58,269 bases of DNA from a virus (IMGVR_UViG_3300027782_000098:1-58269); one strand, 5' to 3'; positions 1-10,794 are shown, counted from the stretch's first letter. Numbers and translations are program-made. The notes: generated by a model from the letters alone, not told the origin.

Positions 1-140
1 GCTACGTTTTCTCTCATGTGACCTTTAAGACCTTCTAAAAAGCCTAATTTGTCCCATTTGTTGATTGTATCTTCTTTGATAACTTTAAGGTGTTTTAACC
101 CAATGTTACCAACAAGACCTGATTCTAATAATGCTCCCAT
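1..140 (-). CDS. Major capsid protein, N-terminal fragment (runs off window)
   Basis: Manual translation from ATG at 140: MGALLESGLVGNIGLKHLKVIKEDTINKWDKLGFLEGLKGHMRENVA. Directly follows the scaffold gene, as in the T4 gp21-gp22-gp23 order. Confidence 0.8.
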   Translation of the reverse strand, partial: MGALLESGLVGNIGLKHLKVIKEDTINKWDKLGFLEGLKGHMRENV

Positions 141-179
141 TTTAGTATTTGTTTTTGTTTTAATTTATTTTATTTTTTT

Positions 180-1826
180 TTACCCTAATTTACCCATCAA
201 ATCTTTCATTCTTAAGAACTGAGGATTTTCATAAGTTTTTGATTCAATTAGAGTAGTTGATGAACCTGTAGAAACTGTTTTATTTATTTTTGTTCCCACT
301 GATTCAGTTATTGATTTTGTTTCAACATTTCCTAATTCGTCTTTGATTGACTTATAAAGATTTTTTGATTCTTTTAAAGTTTCAACATCGTCAAATCTTC
401 TAAGGATGTTAATTTTTTCTTTTTTAGTAGTTGAATGTTCTGTAAACAATCTTGTAGCGTAAGCCAAGTTTGAATTGAAGATAGCAACTTCGTTAAGTTT
501 TTCTCTAAAAACATTTAACGCTTTTCTATATTCTTCATTTTTTTCTCTCAACATTCTAACTTCTTCTTGAGTAGATTCAACTTTAACACCACTATTACCG
601 TAATTGTAATTTCTGTTATTAGTGATACCTTTTCTTAATCCTCTACCTTCTTTGGAACCCATTCCGTATGTTCTAGCAGCTTCTTTGGTTTCTCTTTTTT
701 CAAAACCTGCGTCATCTCTACGAGCTTTAGTAGTTTTAAGGTCTTTTGATGCAATCTTACCATGCTTCATTGCTAACCTTTCATCTTCTTTGTCTTTATA
801 TCCTTGACCTTCTTTAGTTTCTGCTTTAACAACTTTGGATTTTCCTTCCATATTTGCACCTTTCTTGTAGTCAAATTTAGCTTTACCAGTACCCATTGTT
901 TTAGGACCTACTTTTTTGTCCTCTTTAAATCCTCCCGCAGCTTTATCTTTGTAAGAGAATTTTGGTCCTGAGCCAAGTCCGACACCTTTAGGTTTTGTTG
1001 TTTTTGAACTATAAGATTCGTTAGTCCATTCTTCGTCCATTTCTTCGTCCTGTTCGTCCATTTCTTCGTCCTGTTCGTCCATTTCTTCTTGTTCGTCCAT
1101 TTCTTCGTCCTGTTCGTCCATCATTTCGTCTTCTTCGTCAAATTCAATTTCATACATAACTTCTTCGTCGTCTTCTATATCAGAAGAATCAACTTTTGAT
1201 GTATCACCATTGTTTGAAAAGATTGCGTCAATAACGTCTTCGACTGATTCGTCCATTTCTTCGTCCATTTCTTCTTGCATTTCGTAGTCTTTATAGTGTC
1301 CGTTAACATCACCGATTTTATGACCATTACGTCTTTTAAATTCGTGTTTTTTGCTACCCCACTCTTCATCCACTTCTTCTTCAGACTCTCCAAGCTTAAC
1401 AAGATATTCTACATCAGCATCATCGTCAGTTAAATGAACATTCTCACCGTCTTTTTTAACAATGATTCCGTCATCTTCACCCATAGCTTTGAATACTTTT
1501 AAAATTTCTTCGTCAGAAGCGTCAGTTAAATCTATTGGACTTTCTTCTGAATCCATATCCATGTCTAAGTCCATATCCATGTCCTCTTCATCAGAGTCCA
1601 TATCAACATCCATGTCCATTTCAACTTCATCGTTATCAGCAGGCAAGTCAATGTCTGCATCTAATTCAACCTCGTCTTCATCTTGTTCAGTAAGAGATTC
1701 TTTTACTAATTGATTGATTTCTTCCTTCATAGTTGAAGCAAGTATTCCTTTTGCATTTTCGGCTATAGCTTCTTCAACTTGTTTCATTTGAATAAGAGCC
1801 TCTTGAACTAATTTGTTTTCTTTCAT
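180..1826 (-). CDS. Prohead core/scaffolding protein (gp22-like)
   Basis: Very acidic 548 aa protein with a C-terminal coiled coil (LNEVAIFNSNLAYATRLF), lying between protease and capsid genes. Confidence 0.75.
   Translation of the reverse strand: MKENKLVQEALIQMKQVEEAIAENAKGILASTMKEEINQLVKESLTEQDEDEVELDADIDLPADNDEVEMDMDVDMDSDEEDMDMDLDMDMDSEESPIDLTDASDEEILKVFKAMGEDDGIIVKKDGENVHLTDDDADVEYLVKLGESEEEVDEEWGSKKHEFKRRNGHKIGDVNGHYKDYEMQEEMDEEMDESVEDVIDAIFSNNGDTSKVDSSDIEDDEEVMYEIEFDEEDEMMDEQDEEMDEQEEMDEQDEEMDEQDEEMDEEWTNESYSSKTTKPKGVGLGSGPKFSYKDKAAGGFKEDKKVGPKTMGTGKAKFDYKKGANMEGKSKVVKAETKEGQGYKDKEDERLAMKHGKIASKDLKTTKARRDDAGFEKRETKEAARTYGMGSKEGRGLRKGITNNRNYNYGNSGVKVESTQEEVRMLREKNEEYRKALNVFREKLNEVAIFNSNLAYATRLFTEHSTTKKEKINILRRFDDVETLKESKNLYKSIKDELGNVETKSITESVGTKINKTVSTGSSTTLIESKTYENPQFLRMKDLMGKLG
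1027..1120 (-). repeat. Coding tandem repeat, about 21 nt (EQDEEMD units)
   Basis: Repeated ttcgtccatttcttcgtcctg units inside the scaffold gene. Confidence 0.8.
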
Positions 1827-1880
1827 GAAAATCTATTATTTTTAACTAATAAATAGTACCAAAATGAGAAAAATATCAAT

Positions 1881-2204
1881 TTAGATTAAGATATAAGTTC
1901 TTTTTTGGTAAGATAATGATGTTAATGACGAATCGGATTGTGATTCAATCCATGTCAGAGTGTTTTGATAGGTATCAAAAATTAAATAAAATTTATTAAT
2001 TTCAGTTACATTGTTAGATAATGAGACATAATAAGAATCTTTAATTTCACTATCATTAAGAATTAATTCAGCGTTGTAGATTGAAATTGTTTGTATCTCT
2101 TTACCAGTACCTTCGCAATATGCAACACATTGGGACCAAGAGTCCCCACTTATTGTGTAAGTATCAATAGTGGTATTACTTTTAAAATTTACGTTAAATA
2201 ACAT
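1881..2204 (-). CDS. Hypothetical protein
   Basis: ORF; ATG at 2204 preferred because it lies just downstream of a TATTTATA motif (2223-2230). Confidence 0.6.
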   Translation of the reverse strand: MLFNVNFKSNTTIDTYTISGDSWSQCVAYCEGTGKEIQTISIYNAELILNDSEIKDSYYVSLSNNVTEINKFYLIFDTYQNTLTWIESQSDSSLTSLSYQKRTYILI

Positions 2205-2240
2205 ATTTAATTTTTTCTTTCTTATAAATATGTTCAAAAC

Positions 2241-2268
2241 AAAAAAAGTGGTCGTTAGACCACTTTTT
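2241..2268. terminator. Intrinsic terminator (bidirectional-looking)
   Basis: aaaaaaagtggtc-gtta-gaccactttttt hairpin with A and T tracts. Confidence 0.75.
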
Positions 2269-2270
2269 AA

Positions 2271-2480
2271 TTATTCAATTACCTCATCAATTTTACTTTC
2301 GGATACCGAAGTGATTCTCCAATCATGAGTAAACCCTTCATACTTTCCTGTAACCTTTGCTTCCACATCTGTAACAGAATATCCTTTTACAAGTTTTTCT
2401 TCTCTGATTTTTTTGATTTTACCTGTATTTTCATCAGGTAAATCGTACTGAACTTTTGCGACAAAAAATTTTTCTTCCAT
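2271..2480 (-). CDS. DUF4494-like small protein
   Basis: Pattern F.AKV.Y...ENTGK.KK..E..LV...S.TD.EA resembles Bacteroidota DUF4494 proteins (from memory). Confidence 0.55.
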   Translation of the reverse strand: MEEKFFVAKVQYDLPDENTGKIKKIREEKLVKGYSVTDVEAKVTGKYEGFTHDWRITSVSESKIDEVIE

Positions 2481-2489
2481 AATTTAATT

Positions 2490-3212
2490 TTATTTTCCCA
2501 AATAATCGGTTAATTTTCTCATTAAGTCAACTCCTTTGGATTGGAATTCCGAATTTTCAGGAGATTTGTGTCTTTTTTCTTCTTCTAAATTTTCCTCATA
2601 CTTACTTCTATCATCAGGATTACTAAACAAATAAGCTCCTGGTGTAGATGGAGAAGATACTAAGTCAAAACAAATTAATTCAAAATCATCTTGTACTTCA
2701 TTTCTTTCACCCACTTTTTTAAGTGAACCAACACCTCTTGAAGAAACTCCCATTGTAACACCTTGTCTCATTAAGTTAGCGGCTTGGTCTCCTTTAGTAG
2801 AAACAATACCTCTTTCATGAAATCCTGGAGATGTTAACAATTTAAGTTTACCCATCAAAATATTTTTATCCCACCATATATCAGTAATGATGTGAGATAC
2901 TCTATCTAAATCAATTAAAGACGATTCAGGGTGGTTTAACTCCGATGTTGATAAACCTTTAGCTATTGCCTTTTTATAGTTATCTGCTTCCCTCTTTAAT
3001 ATTCTTTCAGGATAAAATCTTCCATTTCTGTTAGGTGTGTCATATTTCTGTAATACAGCGTAAAATTCAAAAGGATTTCTGTAATCTAAATTAGCAGCTT
3101 CTTTTAACATGTCAGCATTACGAATATCTTTTGGAGAAACCCAACCAGCATCCATTTCAATCAATATACCATGACCTACTTCACTAGCTTCTAATATTCT
3201 TAAATTTTTCAT
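2490..3212 (-). CDS. Prohead core protease (T4 gp21-like)
   Basis: Motifs NRNGRFYP, ELNHP, VSH, GVSSRGVGS, DLVSSPSTPGA. Confidence 0.92.
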   Translation of the reverse strand: MKNLRILEASEVGHGILIEMDAGWVSPKDIRNADMLKEAANLDYRNPFEFYAVLQKYDTPNRNGRFYPERILKREADNYKKAIAKGLSTSELNHPESSLIDLDRVSHIITDIWWDKNILMGKLKLLTSPGFHERGIVSTKGDQAANLMRQGVTMGVSSRGVGSLKKVGERNEVQDDFELICFDLVSSPSTPGAYLFSNPDDRSKYEENLEEEKRHKSPENSEFQSKGVDLMRKLTDYLGK

Positions 3213-3257
3213 TAATTCTTTTTAAGATAAATATACCGAACAAGTATCTTTTTAACT

Positions 3258-3689
3258 TTATTCATTTTTTGATAGTGAAAATTCAAAGTATTTGTTCTTA
3301 ATTACATTTTCTTTAAATATACTTTTTATTATTTGTTTCACCGAATCTTTAATTTCAGATGATTTAAAATCCATTTCTTGAGTTGTGTATAAATTTACTT
3401 CTAAATTAAAAAATGATTTTTTACCGTGGGATATTCCACTTGTTCGTAAATCTAAATCCACAATACTGTGTTCTTTAAATAAATCTAAATTAATTGAACT
3501 ATAAACTGAATGTTTTATTTCTCTGTTTAAATTACCTACGATTCTGTTCCAATTATCGTATTCTGTTTTTGGAGTTACCCATGATTGTATGTTTATGTAT
3601 AGTGATTTTAAATTTTTAGAATCAACTGTACCGTATACAGATTTTATTGGGCTGTATAGATTTAGCTTTACACTTTTTCCTTTTTTCAT
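3258..3689 (-). CDS. Hypothetical protein in head module
   Basis: 143 aa ORF co-oriented with the structural genes. Confidence 0.65.
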   Translation of the reverse strand: MKKGKSVKLNLYSPIKSVYGTVDSKNLKSLYINIQSWVTPKTEYDNWNRIVGNLNREIKHSVYSSINLDLFKEHSIVDLDLRTSGISHGKKSFFNLEVNLYTTQEMDFKSSEIKDSVKQIIKSIFKENVIKNKYFEFSLSKNE

Positions 3690-3785
3690 TAATCTTCATT
3701 TGTCAATGTTTATTTGTTTGTAAAAAAATAACGCAAATAAGTCCATTTGTCAAAATTTTTTAAATAATAAAGATATTTGTAATAT

Positions 3786-3974
3786 ATGTTAATAGTAGAA
3801 GTAAAAAAAGACGGTATTGAAAAGGCACTAAAAACTTTAAAATCTAAAGTAATTAAAACCAAACAGAATAAGATTCTATTTGATAAAAAAGAGTTTGTAA
3901 AAAAATCAGTGATTAAAAGGAATCAAAAACTAAAAGCCTCCTATATTCAAAAGAAAAATAGCGGATTAGATTGA
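3786..3974 (+). CDS. rpsU: 30S ribosomal protein bS21
   Basis: 62 aa basic protein MLIVEVKKDGIEKALKTLKSKV...KEFVKKSVIKR matches the bS21 pattern. Antisense within the head module, as known for bS21 phages. Confidence 0.88.
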   Translation: MLIVEVKKDGIEKALKTLKSKVIKTKQNKILFDKKEFVKKSVIKRNQKLKASYIQKKNSGLD

Positions 3975-4679
3975 TTCTTCTAAATTTTTTAATTTAAGGA
4001 AATTTAATTGGTCGAACTTTTCAACTTTTAACCTATCAATCGTTTCAGATAATTTTGTTTTTAGTTCAAACTCTTCTTCTTTTTCAAGAATAACTTTAAG
4101 TTTGCTTATAGCACTTTCTCGGATAGTCTCGAATTTATTTTCAAGAGATGTCGAATCTTCACTCATTATTTGAATAAATTCTTTTTTAGAGTTTTCATCA
4201 AGAGTTTCAATGTAATTACTTAAAGTTTGATTTGCAATTCTAACCATAGATTTTAAAGGAATATTAATAGATTCTTTAACAATTCCACTTGTTGACGTTA
4301 GAACCTTAGTAATGTTTTTCTTTGATTTTATTCTTTCTAATAAATCCAATTTGTTTGTATAAACAAGAGCGTCAATGTCAGAATATTTGTTTTCAACAGA
4401 TTCTGATAATGTAGATGGCGTTTTAATATTTGGAATTAATTTTTGAATTAAACTAATACCTTCTTCTAAAAAATCCTTTGCATCCGATTCATTTAATCCT
4501 TGAGGACTACTCAATTGGTCGTACAATGAGTAAAGTTTTGACATAGTTTTATTATTCAAAACATTGTGTTTGAATTCTTTTAAAGACTTTTTGAATTCCT
4601 TTTCATCTCTGTAGGATTCAATAAGATTGTTCTCAATTATGGATTTAATTTTTCCGAATGTCATTTTAGGTATTTTCAA
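3966..4679 (-). CDS. Hypothetical head-module protein
   Basis: 237 aa helical ORF downstream of portal; TATTTATA at 4680-4687. Confidence 0.7.
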   Translation of the reverse strand: MKIPKMTFGKIKSIIENNLIESYRDEKEFKKSLKEFKHNVLNNKTMSKLYSLYDQLSSPQGLNESDAKDFLEEGISLIQKLIPNIKTPSTLSESVENKYSDIDALVYTNKLDLLERIKSKKNITKVLTSTSGIVKESINIPLKSMVRIANQTLSNYIETLDENSKKEFIQIMSEDSTSLENKFETIRESAISKLKVILEKEEEFELKTKLSETIDRLKVEKFDQLNFLKLKNLEESI

Positions 4680-4687
4680 TATAAATA

Positions 4688-6544
4688 TTAGGAATTTAGT
4701 AACTTATCCAATTCTTTTGAAATTTCTCCTAAAGAATCTTGTCCTTGACCCAAATCTAAAAACGTAGACCCTTTGGTAAAGTTATTTTCTAATAAGATAT
4801 TCATATTCGCTCTCCTTGATTCAGGTGTCACTGCCGCCTCTTCTCCCCCTGCTGGTGGAGATGGTTCTCCCCCTGCTGGCGGTTCTCCACCACCTGATGG
4901 TTCAGGTGAACTAAACGCTCCAAGAGCTCCTCCACTTATTTCTTCTTCACCACCTTCTGTAGACGCAGTTGCGTTTGCCGTAACCCCTGATGGATTACCA
5001 TATAATTTGTCAATATTGTCAAATATACCCGTTTTAGTAATAACTGTAGGGGTTGCTTTAAGTTCTTCACCAACCGCTCTTTCAATTCTTTGTTGTTGTA
5101 AATCCAATCTAATTTCTTCATCAGAAAATCCAAAAATGTGTTTTTTAGCCCATGTTGAAGATACAGGTTGAATACCATTTCCTGGGTCTGCAACTAAATC
5201 TTTATATAGTAAAACTTTTTCTTTCCAAACATCAATCTTTAATAAATCCGCTTGTGTTGACGGATTTGTTAATCCTAATGTAAAATTTTGTAATTCATCT
5301 TCAAATCCTAATAAAAATAAGTGAACAATTGCAATTTTGTTCAATTCTGCAATCATACTTTTTTGGATTCTATTGATTGTACGAGCAAAACGTATGTCTT
5401 GTAATGATAAATTTTTACCATCACCCACAACTTCTTCAAAACCTAAAAATGCTTTAGGTACACGAAGAGCAGTTAATAATTTCTTTTGAATATACTCAAT
5501 ATCGGCAATCTCTGATAGGTTAGTTGCTCCAGGTAATGTTGTAATTGGGTCTGGTGCCGCAGGGTCACGAACAGGGATAAAGTAATCTTGGTCAACCGCC
5601 ATTTGGTTGAATCTCATGTCTACGTTACCTGTTTTAGAATCCACAACTTGTTCTCTTTTGAATTTGTTTGCAACACGATTTACATACGCTTCAACATCAT
5701 CGTCATTCATGTTTCCAACAAATACTTTGAACATTCTTCTTTCAGGTGCTCTTGATGTACGATAGATTAACATTGCGTCTTCAGATAACAATAGTTGTTT
5801 CCAAATACGTCTGGCTTTTTCCAACATAGAAGTACCATAAGGAAGTTTTCTATCATCACCTAATAATCTAAAGTGACCAATTTCCCATGACTGAAATTCC
5901 ATATTTCTATTCTTCCAAGTAAAATGAAGAGCCTTTTTATTTTCATCTTTTTCTTGAGTAATATCTACAGTAATTTTAGCGGCAACTCCAACCTCATGTC
6001 TTTCAATTTCAATTGTTGGTAATTGTTGACATCCAATAATACCTTTCTCAGGGTCTAATTTAAGATAAATAAAATTATCACCATACTTACAAGTGTTTCT
6101 TGTCCACATTGGTAAGTTGGTGTTAATATCTAAATTATTATTAAATAAATCTGCTAATACAGATTTAATTCTTTTTGATTCAGAATAGATTTGAAGAATA
6201 AAACCATCTTCATTAGTTGTTGTTGATTCTTCCGCATATATGTCTAACGCAGCTGAAATCTCAGGAGTATATTCCATTGATTCATAGTCGTATTGAGCAG
6301 ATAATCTTGATGGTTCATAGTAAATTGCCTGTGAGTACAAGTTATTTTCAACCTTAGCCCATTGATTTGTTAAATAATAGGTTTGCTGTGCTTGAAGTTT
6401 TTCTCTCTCATAATCATCACGATTTGGAGTACGCAGAAGTTCTTTTTTATCAAACTTAAAAGTTGGATAGTCCTGCTTCAGCAGTGAATTTGGGCCGAAT
6501 GTTTGGGATAGTCTCTGCCAGACCGTTAGATTATTATCACTCAT
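4688..6544 (-). CDS. Portal protein (T4 gp20-like)
   Basis: Motifs EDAMLIYRTSRAPERRMF, DYFIP, ITTLPGATNL, DIEYIQKKLLTALRVP. Confidence 0.95.
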   Translation of the reverse strand: MSDNNLTVWQRLSQTFGPNSLLKQDYPTFKFDKKELLRTPNRDDYEREKLQAQQTYYLTNQWAKVENNLYSQAIYYEPSRLSAQYDYESMEYTPEISAALDIYAEESTTTNEDGFILQIYSESKRIKSVLADLFNNNLDINTNLPMWTRNTCKYGDNFIYLKLDPEKGIIGCQQLPTIEIERHEVGVAAKITVDITQEKDENKKALHFTWKNRNMEFQSWEIGHFRLLGDDRKLPYGTSMLEKARRIWKQLLLSEDAMLIYRTSRAPERRMFKVFVGNMNDDDVEAYVNRVANKFKREQVVDSKTGNVDMRFNQMAVDQDYFIPVRDPAAPDPITTLPGATNLSEIADIEYIQKKLLTALRVPKAFLGFEEVVGDGKNLSLQDIRFARTINRIQKSMIAELNKIAIVHLFLLGFEDELQNFTLGLTNPSTQADLLKIDVWKEKVLLYKDLVADPGNGIQPVSSTWAKKHIFGFSDEEIRLDLQQQRIERAVGEELKATPTVITKTGIFDNIDKLYGNPSGVTANATASTEGGEEEISGGALGAFSSPEPSGGGEPPAGGEPSPPAGGEEAAVTPESRRANMNILLENNFTKGSTFLDLGQGQDSLGEISKELDKLLNS

Positions 6545-6584
6545 AATACAATTTTACTAATTACTTTGATAATATAAATACTTA

Positions 6585-8345
6585 TTACGCACCAAATAAC
6601 CATCCGTATTTTTGATAGTCGGACCTGGTTGCATCACCGTTATTACTTAAATTACCATTTCTACCCATTTGTGGTACCATTGGGTTAAAGAAGTCAGAAG
6701 AATTCTTATTTTCATTTACGTTAGTTGCCCATGAATTAATCATGGCTTTAGTATGATTGGTTACTTTTTCTAAAGATTGGAATGATTTTTCAGCAACATA
6801 TAACGCCATAGAAACCCCCATAATACAGTCATCATGGTGACCTTTTTGGTGGTCTGGTCTTCCGTTAATATAAATAAAAGTATTCATTTCGTTATATAGT
6901 CTGTTTGAATATACTTTAAATCCGTGTCTAACGTTTTCCTCAAATGCAGCAATAATTTGAACTCTTTTTGAGTTAAAATTAATGCCAGGTATTTTGTCAT
7001 TTATTTTTGGGTCCCACTTCCACTTATTACTTGTATCAACATTATCAACATACAAACCACCTTGGTAATTTAATTCTTGTAATTTTCTTGCAGTAGAAAT
7101 ACCCATACCTCCAGTAATATCAATAACGCAGTAAGCGTTATACATTGTTCCCCATTTGTAGGCAATTTCTGCTAACACATCAGGTGGTATTTTGGCAACA
7201 TATTCCAATACTTGTTCTCTTTCGTCAAAATCAATGATTTGGATACACGAGAAGTCCTCAGAATCCCCACGGGATACATCGACACCCATAACATATTTGT
7301 GACCGTTTACGGGTTCTTTAAATATCCATAGTGACCCTCCCATAAGTTTGGCTTGAGCATCTCGTAATGTATTTTTTGAAATGTTTTGCATTAATTCAGA
7401 TTCAAACACATTATCCCCTGAACCTAAGAAGTTACACTCCAACTCTTGGGCAACTTTTCTTCGGTCAAACTTTAATTTTTTAACCATACTTTCAAACCAT
7501 GCAGAACATGGTTTATATCCTTGGGAAATGTATTCGGTTACTACTGAGTGGTCTCTGTCGTATGGATTCTCCATAGACAAATTAATAATGTCTTTATCAG
7601 AATATTCTTCTCGGTTTAAAAAATAGTGTACTAAGTCATTAGTTTTAACCATATACAAATCTTTTGTATATCTTGGGTCACGATACCAAAACATTTCAGA
7701 TATTTTGAAATCGTTCATGTTTCTTAATGACTGGTCATAGATTTCATAATAGATTGGGTCATATCCGTTTGGAGTAGACACAACAATAACTTTACCTCCC
7801 GTAGATAGTGAAGCCATACAAGCAGACCAGAAATCTGAGTCCGCTTCAATAAACGCTGCCTCATCAAATACAAGAATTGTAGGTGTATAACCCCTCAAGG
7901 CATCTTTTGATGTTGCAACCGCCTTTACTTCACAATCGTTACTTAATTTGAAATGTCTTTGTGAATTTTTTTCTTTTGAAAACGTAACACCAACCCACGT
8001 AGGCCATTGTTCAGTAAAACCTCTTACTTTGTTAGCCATCTCCATTGATGTATCTAACTTGTTGGCAATAATAAGGATTTTTTCAGGTTTGTTCTTTTTA
8101 GCAAAAACTAATCGTTTTGATATCCAAGCCGCGGTTACGGTAGATACACCAGCCTGACGATACTTTAATGCAATGTTCTCATTATAAGTGTCGTAATCTT
8201 CTATTAAACTAACTTGGTCGGGGAATAAGTCCAAAGGGACATATTTGGATACAGTATTATCGTATGTTTGTAGATAAGTACGAAGCGCATAAGGAGTATT
8301 TCTCATGCACTTTGTAACTTCTATAATTAATTGTTCTCTATTCAC
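6585..8345 (-). CDS. Terminase large subunit (gp17-like)
   Basis: Walker A KYRQAGVST, Walker B ILVFDEAAF, VSTPNG, nuclease motifs GVDVSRG and HDDCIM. Confidence 0.95.
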   Translation of the reverse strand: MNREQLIIEVTKCMRNTPYALRTYLQTYDNTVSKYVPLDLFPDQVSLIEDYDTYNENIALKYRQAGVSTVTAAWISKRLVFAKKNKPEKILIIANKLDTSMEMANKVRGFTEQWPTWVGVTFSKEKNSQRHFKLSNDCEVKAVATSKDALRGYTPTILVFDEAAFIEADSDFWSACMASLSTGGKVIVVSTPNGYDPIYYEIYDQSLRNMNDFKISEMFWYRDPRYTKDLYMVKTNDLVHYFLNREEYSDKDIINLSMENPYDRDHSVVTEYISQGYKPCSAWFESMVKKLKFDRRKVAQELECNFLGSGDNVFESELMQNISKNTLRDAQAKLMGGSLWIFKEPVNGHKYVMGVDVSRGDSEDFSCIQIIDFDEREQVLEYVAKIPPDVLAEIAYKWGTMYNAYCVIDITGGMGISTARKLQELNYQGGLYVDNVDTSNKWKWDPKINDKIPGINFNSKRVQIIAAFEENVRHGFKVYSNRLYNEMNTFIYINGRPDHQKGHHDDCIMGVSMALYVAEKSFQSLEKVTNHTKAMINSWATNVNENKNSSDFFNPMVPQMGRNGNLSNNGDATRSDYQKYGWLFGA

Positions 8346-8351
8346 AGGTTA

Positions 8352-9638
8352 TTATTTAGGTCTTGAAATACCCAAACTACCTAAAAAGTCATCTAAACCG
8401 TCATCATCATCTTCGTCAGAGTCAATATCCTCTTCTTCTTTGTAATTCTCAAATTCGTCTTTCATTTGTTTTGCTTCTTTCATGATTTCTTCAAATCTTG
8501 AACTTGCCTTTTTATTTTTTGACGAATCCTCTGAAATGGCGTTTCCAATAATTTCTAAAAACTCTTGAGCTGGTATTTGGTATAACAAGATATGGAACCA
8601 ATTTATTAGTCCTTTATAGCTTGGGTCAAATATATCATCAGGTAATGCATATCTAATTTTTTCAACAATTTCAGGCCCAATTCTTAATTGCATTGGCTCA
8701 TTTGACAATACATCTGTTTGACCTAAAACTTTTTGACGAAGACCTGGTTCTTGAGGTAACCCATGTCTACCTTTAGCCTCTTCCAAACCTTTGATGATTT
8801 CATGGCATAGAATTGGAAAAATCATACCTGTTGCAATGATTTTAGTATCTGGTTGTTCTTCACCTTCTTCACCACCTTCATCTTCATCGGCATCACCTAA
8901 TTCAACCTTACCCGCAACACCTTGACCTGTTTGACTCATCATTTCAATCATTTGTTCCATACTAAAATATAGGAAATCATTGATTGCCATAATACCCAAA
9001 TAATCTCTATAAAGAGATGGGTCAATTGCATCTAATCTTGCTTTAACTTCAGGTTTTTGAAAAAGGTAATGACCTTTTTTTGCAGAACCCTGAATGATTG
9101 CATTTATAATATTTCTTTTATGTTTTTCTAATTCAAGAATTTCCTCATCTGTCAAATCTTCAATATCAAAAGATGGGATTTCTAATTTTTGTTCATCATC
9201 CTCTTCCTCTTCTTCATCATCTTCAGGCTCCATTCTAAAATTATCGGTATTTGGCATACCTAAATTGGCTTCTATTTGATACCAATCCGCAGGAACTTCA
9301 GCCTCATCAAGTGACGCTTCTTTTGCTAAATCAATTAACTCATCTTTGTGAGCTGATTCAATTCTCATAATGTTAGGAAGTTTTCTCATCATTTCTTGAT
9401 AAACCATTCCTTGAACTTGTTGTGAACTTAAATCTTGAATACCTGTAACTTCTCTTAATTTATCAGCAACTTTTTGAAATCTTTTACTAACCAATCTTTG
9501 TACATCAGCAACACCTTTTTTCATTGCGGGGTTCTGAGCATATAACCCTTCAGGACTAGCCAATTTTCTTTCCAAATTTGGGTCCATTCTTTCAGGAGTA
9601 TTCCCGTAATCTAATTGTTCTTTTAATTTCTTTGCCAT
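8352..9638 (-). CDS. Hypothetical protein (probable virion/head-associated)
   Basis: 428 aa acidic ORF in the structural cluster. Confidence 0.7.
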   Translation of the reverse strand: MAKKLKEQLDYGNTPERMDPNLERKLASPEGLYAQNPAMKKGVADVQRLVSKRFQKVADKLREVTGIQDLSSQQVQGMVYQEMMRKLPNIMRIESAHKDELIDLAKEASLDEAEVPADWYQIEANLGMPNTDNFRMEPEDDEEEEEDDEQKLEIPSFDIEDLTDEEILELEKHKRNIINAIIQGSAKKGHYLFQKPEVKARLDAIDPSLYRDYLGIMAINDFLYFSMEQMIEMMSQTGQGVAGKVELGDADEDEGGEEGEEQPDTKIIATGMIFPILCHEIIKGLEEAKGRHGLPQEPGLRQKVLGQTDVLSNEPMQLRIGPEIVEKIRYALPDDIFDPSYKGLINWFHILLYQIPAQEFLEIIGNAISEDSSKNKKASSRFEEIMKEAKQMKDEFENYKEEEDIDSDEDDDDGLDDFLGSLGISRPK

Positions 9639-9641
9639 AAA

Positions 9642-10409
9642 TTATTTTTCTAATAGTTGCATTATTACGTCAATGACTTTATCTTTAGCGTCTTCAGGAG
9701 AAACTTTTTTTGCCTTTGGAGCTGGGTTTTCACCAGGATTTGGATTTTTACCAGGGTGAGCTGGTCTTGGTTTTGTTCCAGGTTTTGTTCCAGGTTTTGT
9801 TGGTGCTGGTTTTGTTGTTGGTGCTGTTGCGGGGTTTTGTTCCGACAAGTATTTTACTAAATCACCTTTTGTAATTTTTGGAGGCATATGTTTTTCCACA
9901 ATTTTTTCTATTTGATTTTCTAAGAACAAAGATACGGAATTTTTTCCTTCCCCCAATTGTTTTTTTACTTCTCTAACACACCTTTCCCATTTTCTTGATT
10001 TTCTTGGACCTACTTGAGAATGGCAAATAGCCCACGGATTTGGTTTTCCTTCATACTCTTTTTCTTCTTCAAAAATTCCCATACCGTCATCTCCACCGCC
10101 AAATCCATCATCATTAGATGGACCGTTATCATTTCCAACACTATTACCCGCATAAGGGTCGTAACCACCTTCTTTTTCCGCAGAATCATCTAAATCAGCA
10201 TCCTCATCAATTTCTTTTTCATAAACTTGAAATGGTTTCTTTTCACTTTTTAATTTACTAATCATAGCAGTATCTGTTTTTGAAACATTAACTTGCTCAA
10301 CAAATAATTTTTTATGTAAAACTTCAATCTGAGATTCAGATAATTTACTAACTGTTTTAGAAGATAACCCCTTCTCAATTAGTTCTAATGCCTTTATATT
10401 AATTTTCAT
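9642..10409 (-). CDS. Hypothetical protein with Pro-rich segment
   Basis: 255 aa ORF; NPWAIC...KWERCV motif; TKPG repeats. Confidence 0.7.
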   Translation of the reverse strand: MKINIKALELIEKGLSSKTVSKLSESQIEVLHKKLFVEQVNVSKTDTAMISKLKSEKKPFQVYEKEIDEDADLDDSAEKEGGYDPYAGNSVGNDNGPSNDDGFGGGDDGMGIFEEEKEYEGKPNPWAICHSQVGPRKSRKWERCVREVKKQLGEGKNSVSLFLENQIEKIVEKHMPPKITKGDLVKYLSEQNPATAPTTKPAPTKPGTKPGTKPRPAHPGKNPNPGENPAPKAKKVSPEDAKDKVIDVIMQLLEK

Positions 10410-10794
10410 ATACTAATTTTTTTTCAAATTCTAAAATCAAATCTCTTTCGTAGAGTTTATCTTTTATTTCTTGTTCTGTACTTCCAAATCTAAAGACAAT
10501 TCTTTTTTGTCCTTCAGATTCTTCTGTTTCCCAGGCTAACGCAACAACATCATCTAATGCGTCTATCATACAAAAAAAATCGGAGTTCTGAATCAATTCT
10601 AATTTTAAATCAGTATTTCTCAGAACTCCCACTTTCTTAATGTATTTTAATTCAGGTGGAGTCGGATAACCATTGGAAGGTCTACTTTCCCATGATTCTC
10701 CCCAAACATCCAAACTATCTGAAAAAATGAATTCGTAAAGATTATCTCCCTTATAGTTAGGACCTAAGCCGTTCACATAAGTTAAATAACTCAT
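10399..10794 (-). CDS. Hypothetical protein
   Basis: 131 aa ORF overlapping both neighbours. Confidence 0.7.
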   Translation of the reverse strand: MSYLTYVNGLGPNYKGDNLYEFIFSDSLDVWGESWESRPSNGYPTPPELKYIKKVGVLRNTDLKLELIQNSDFFCMIDALDDVVALAWETEESEGQKRIVFRFGSTEQEIKDKLYERDLILEFEKKLVYEN

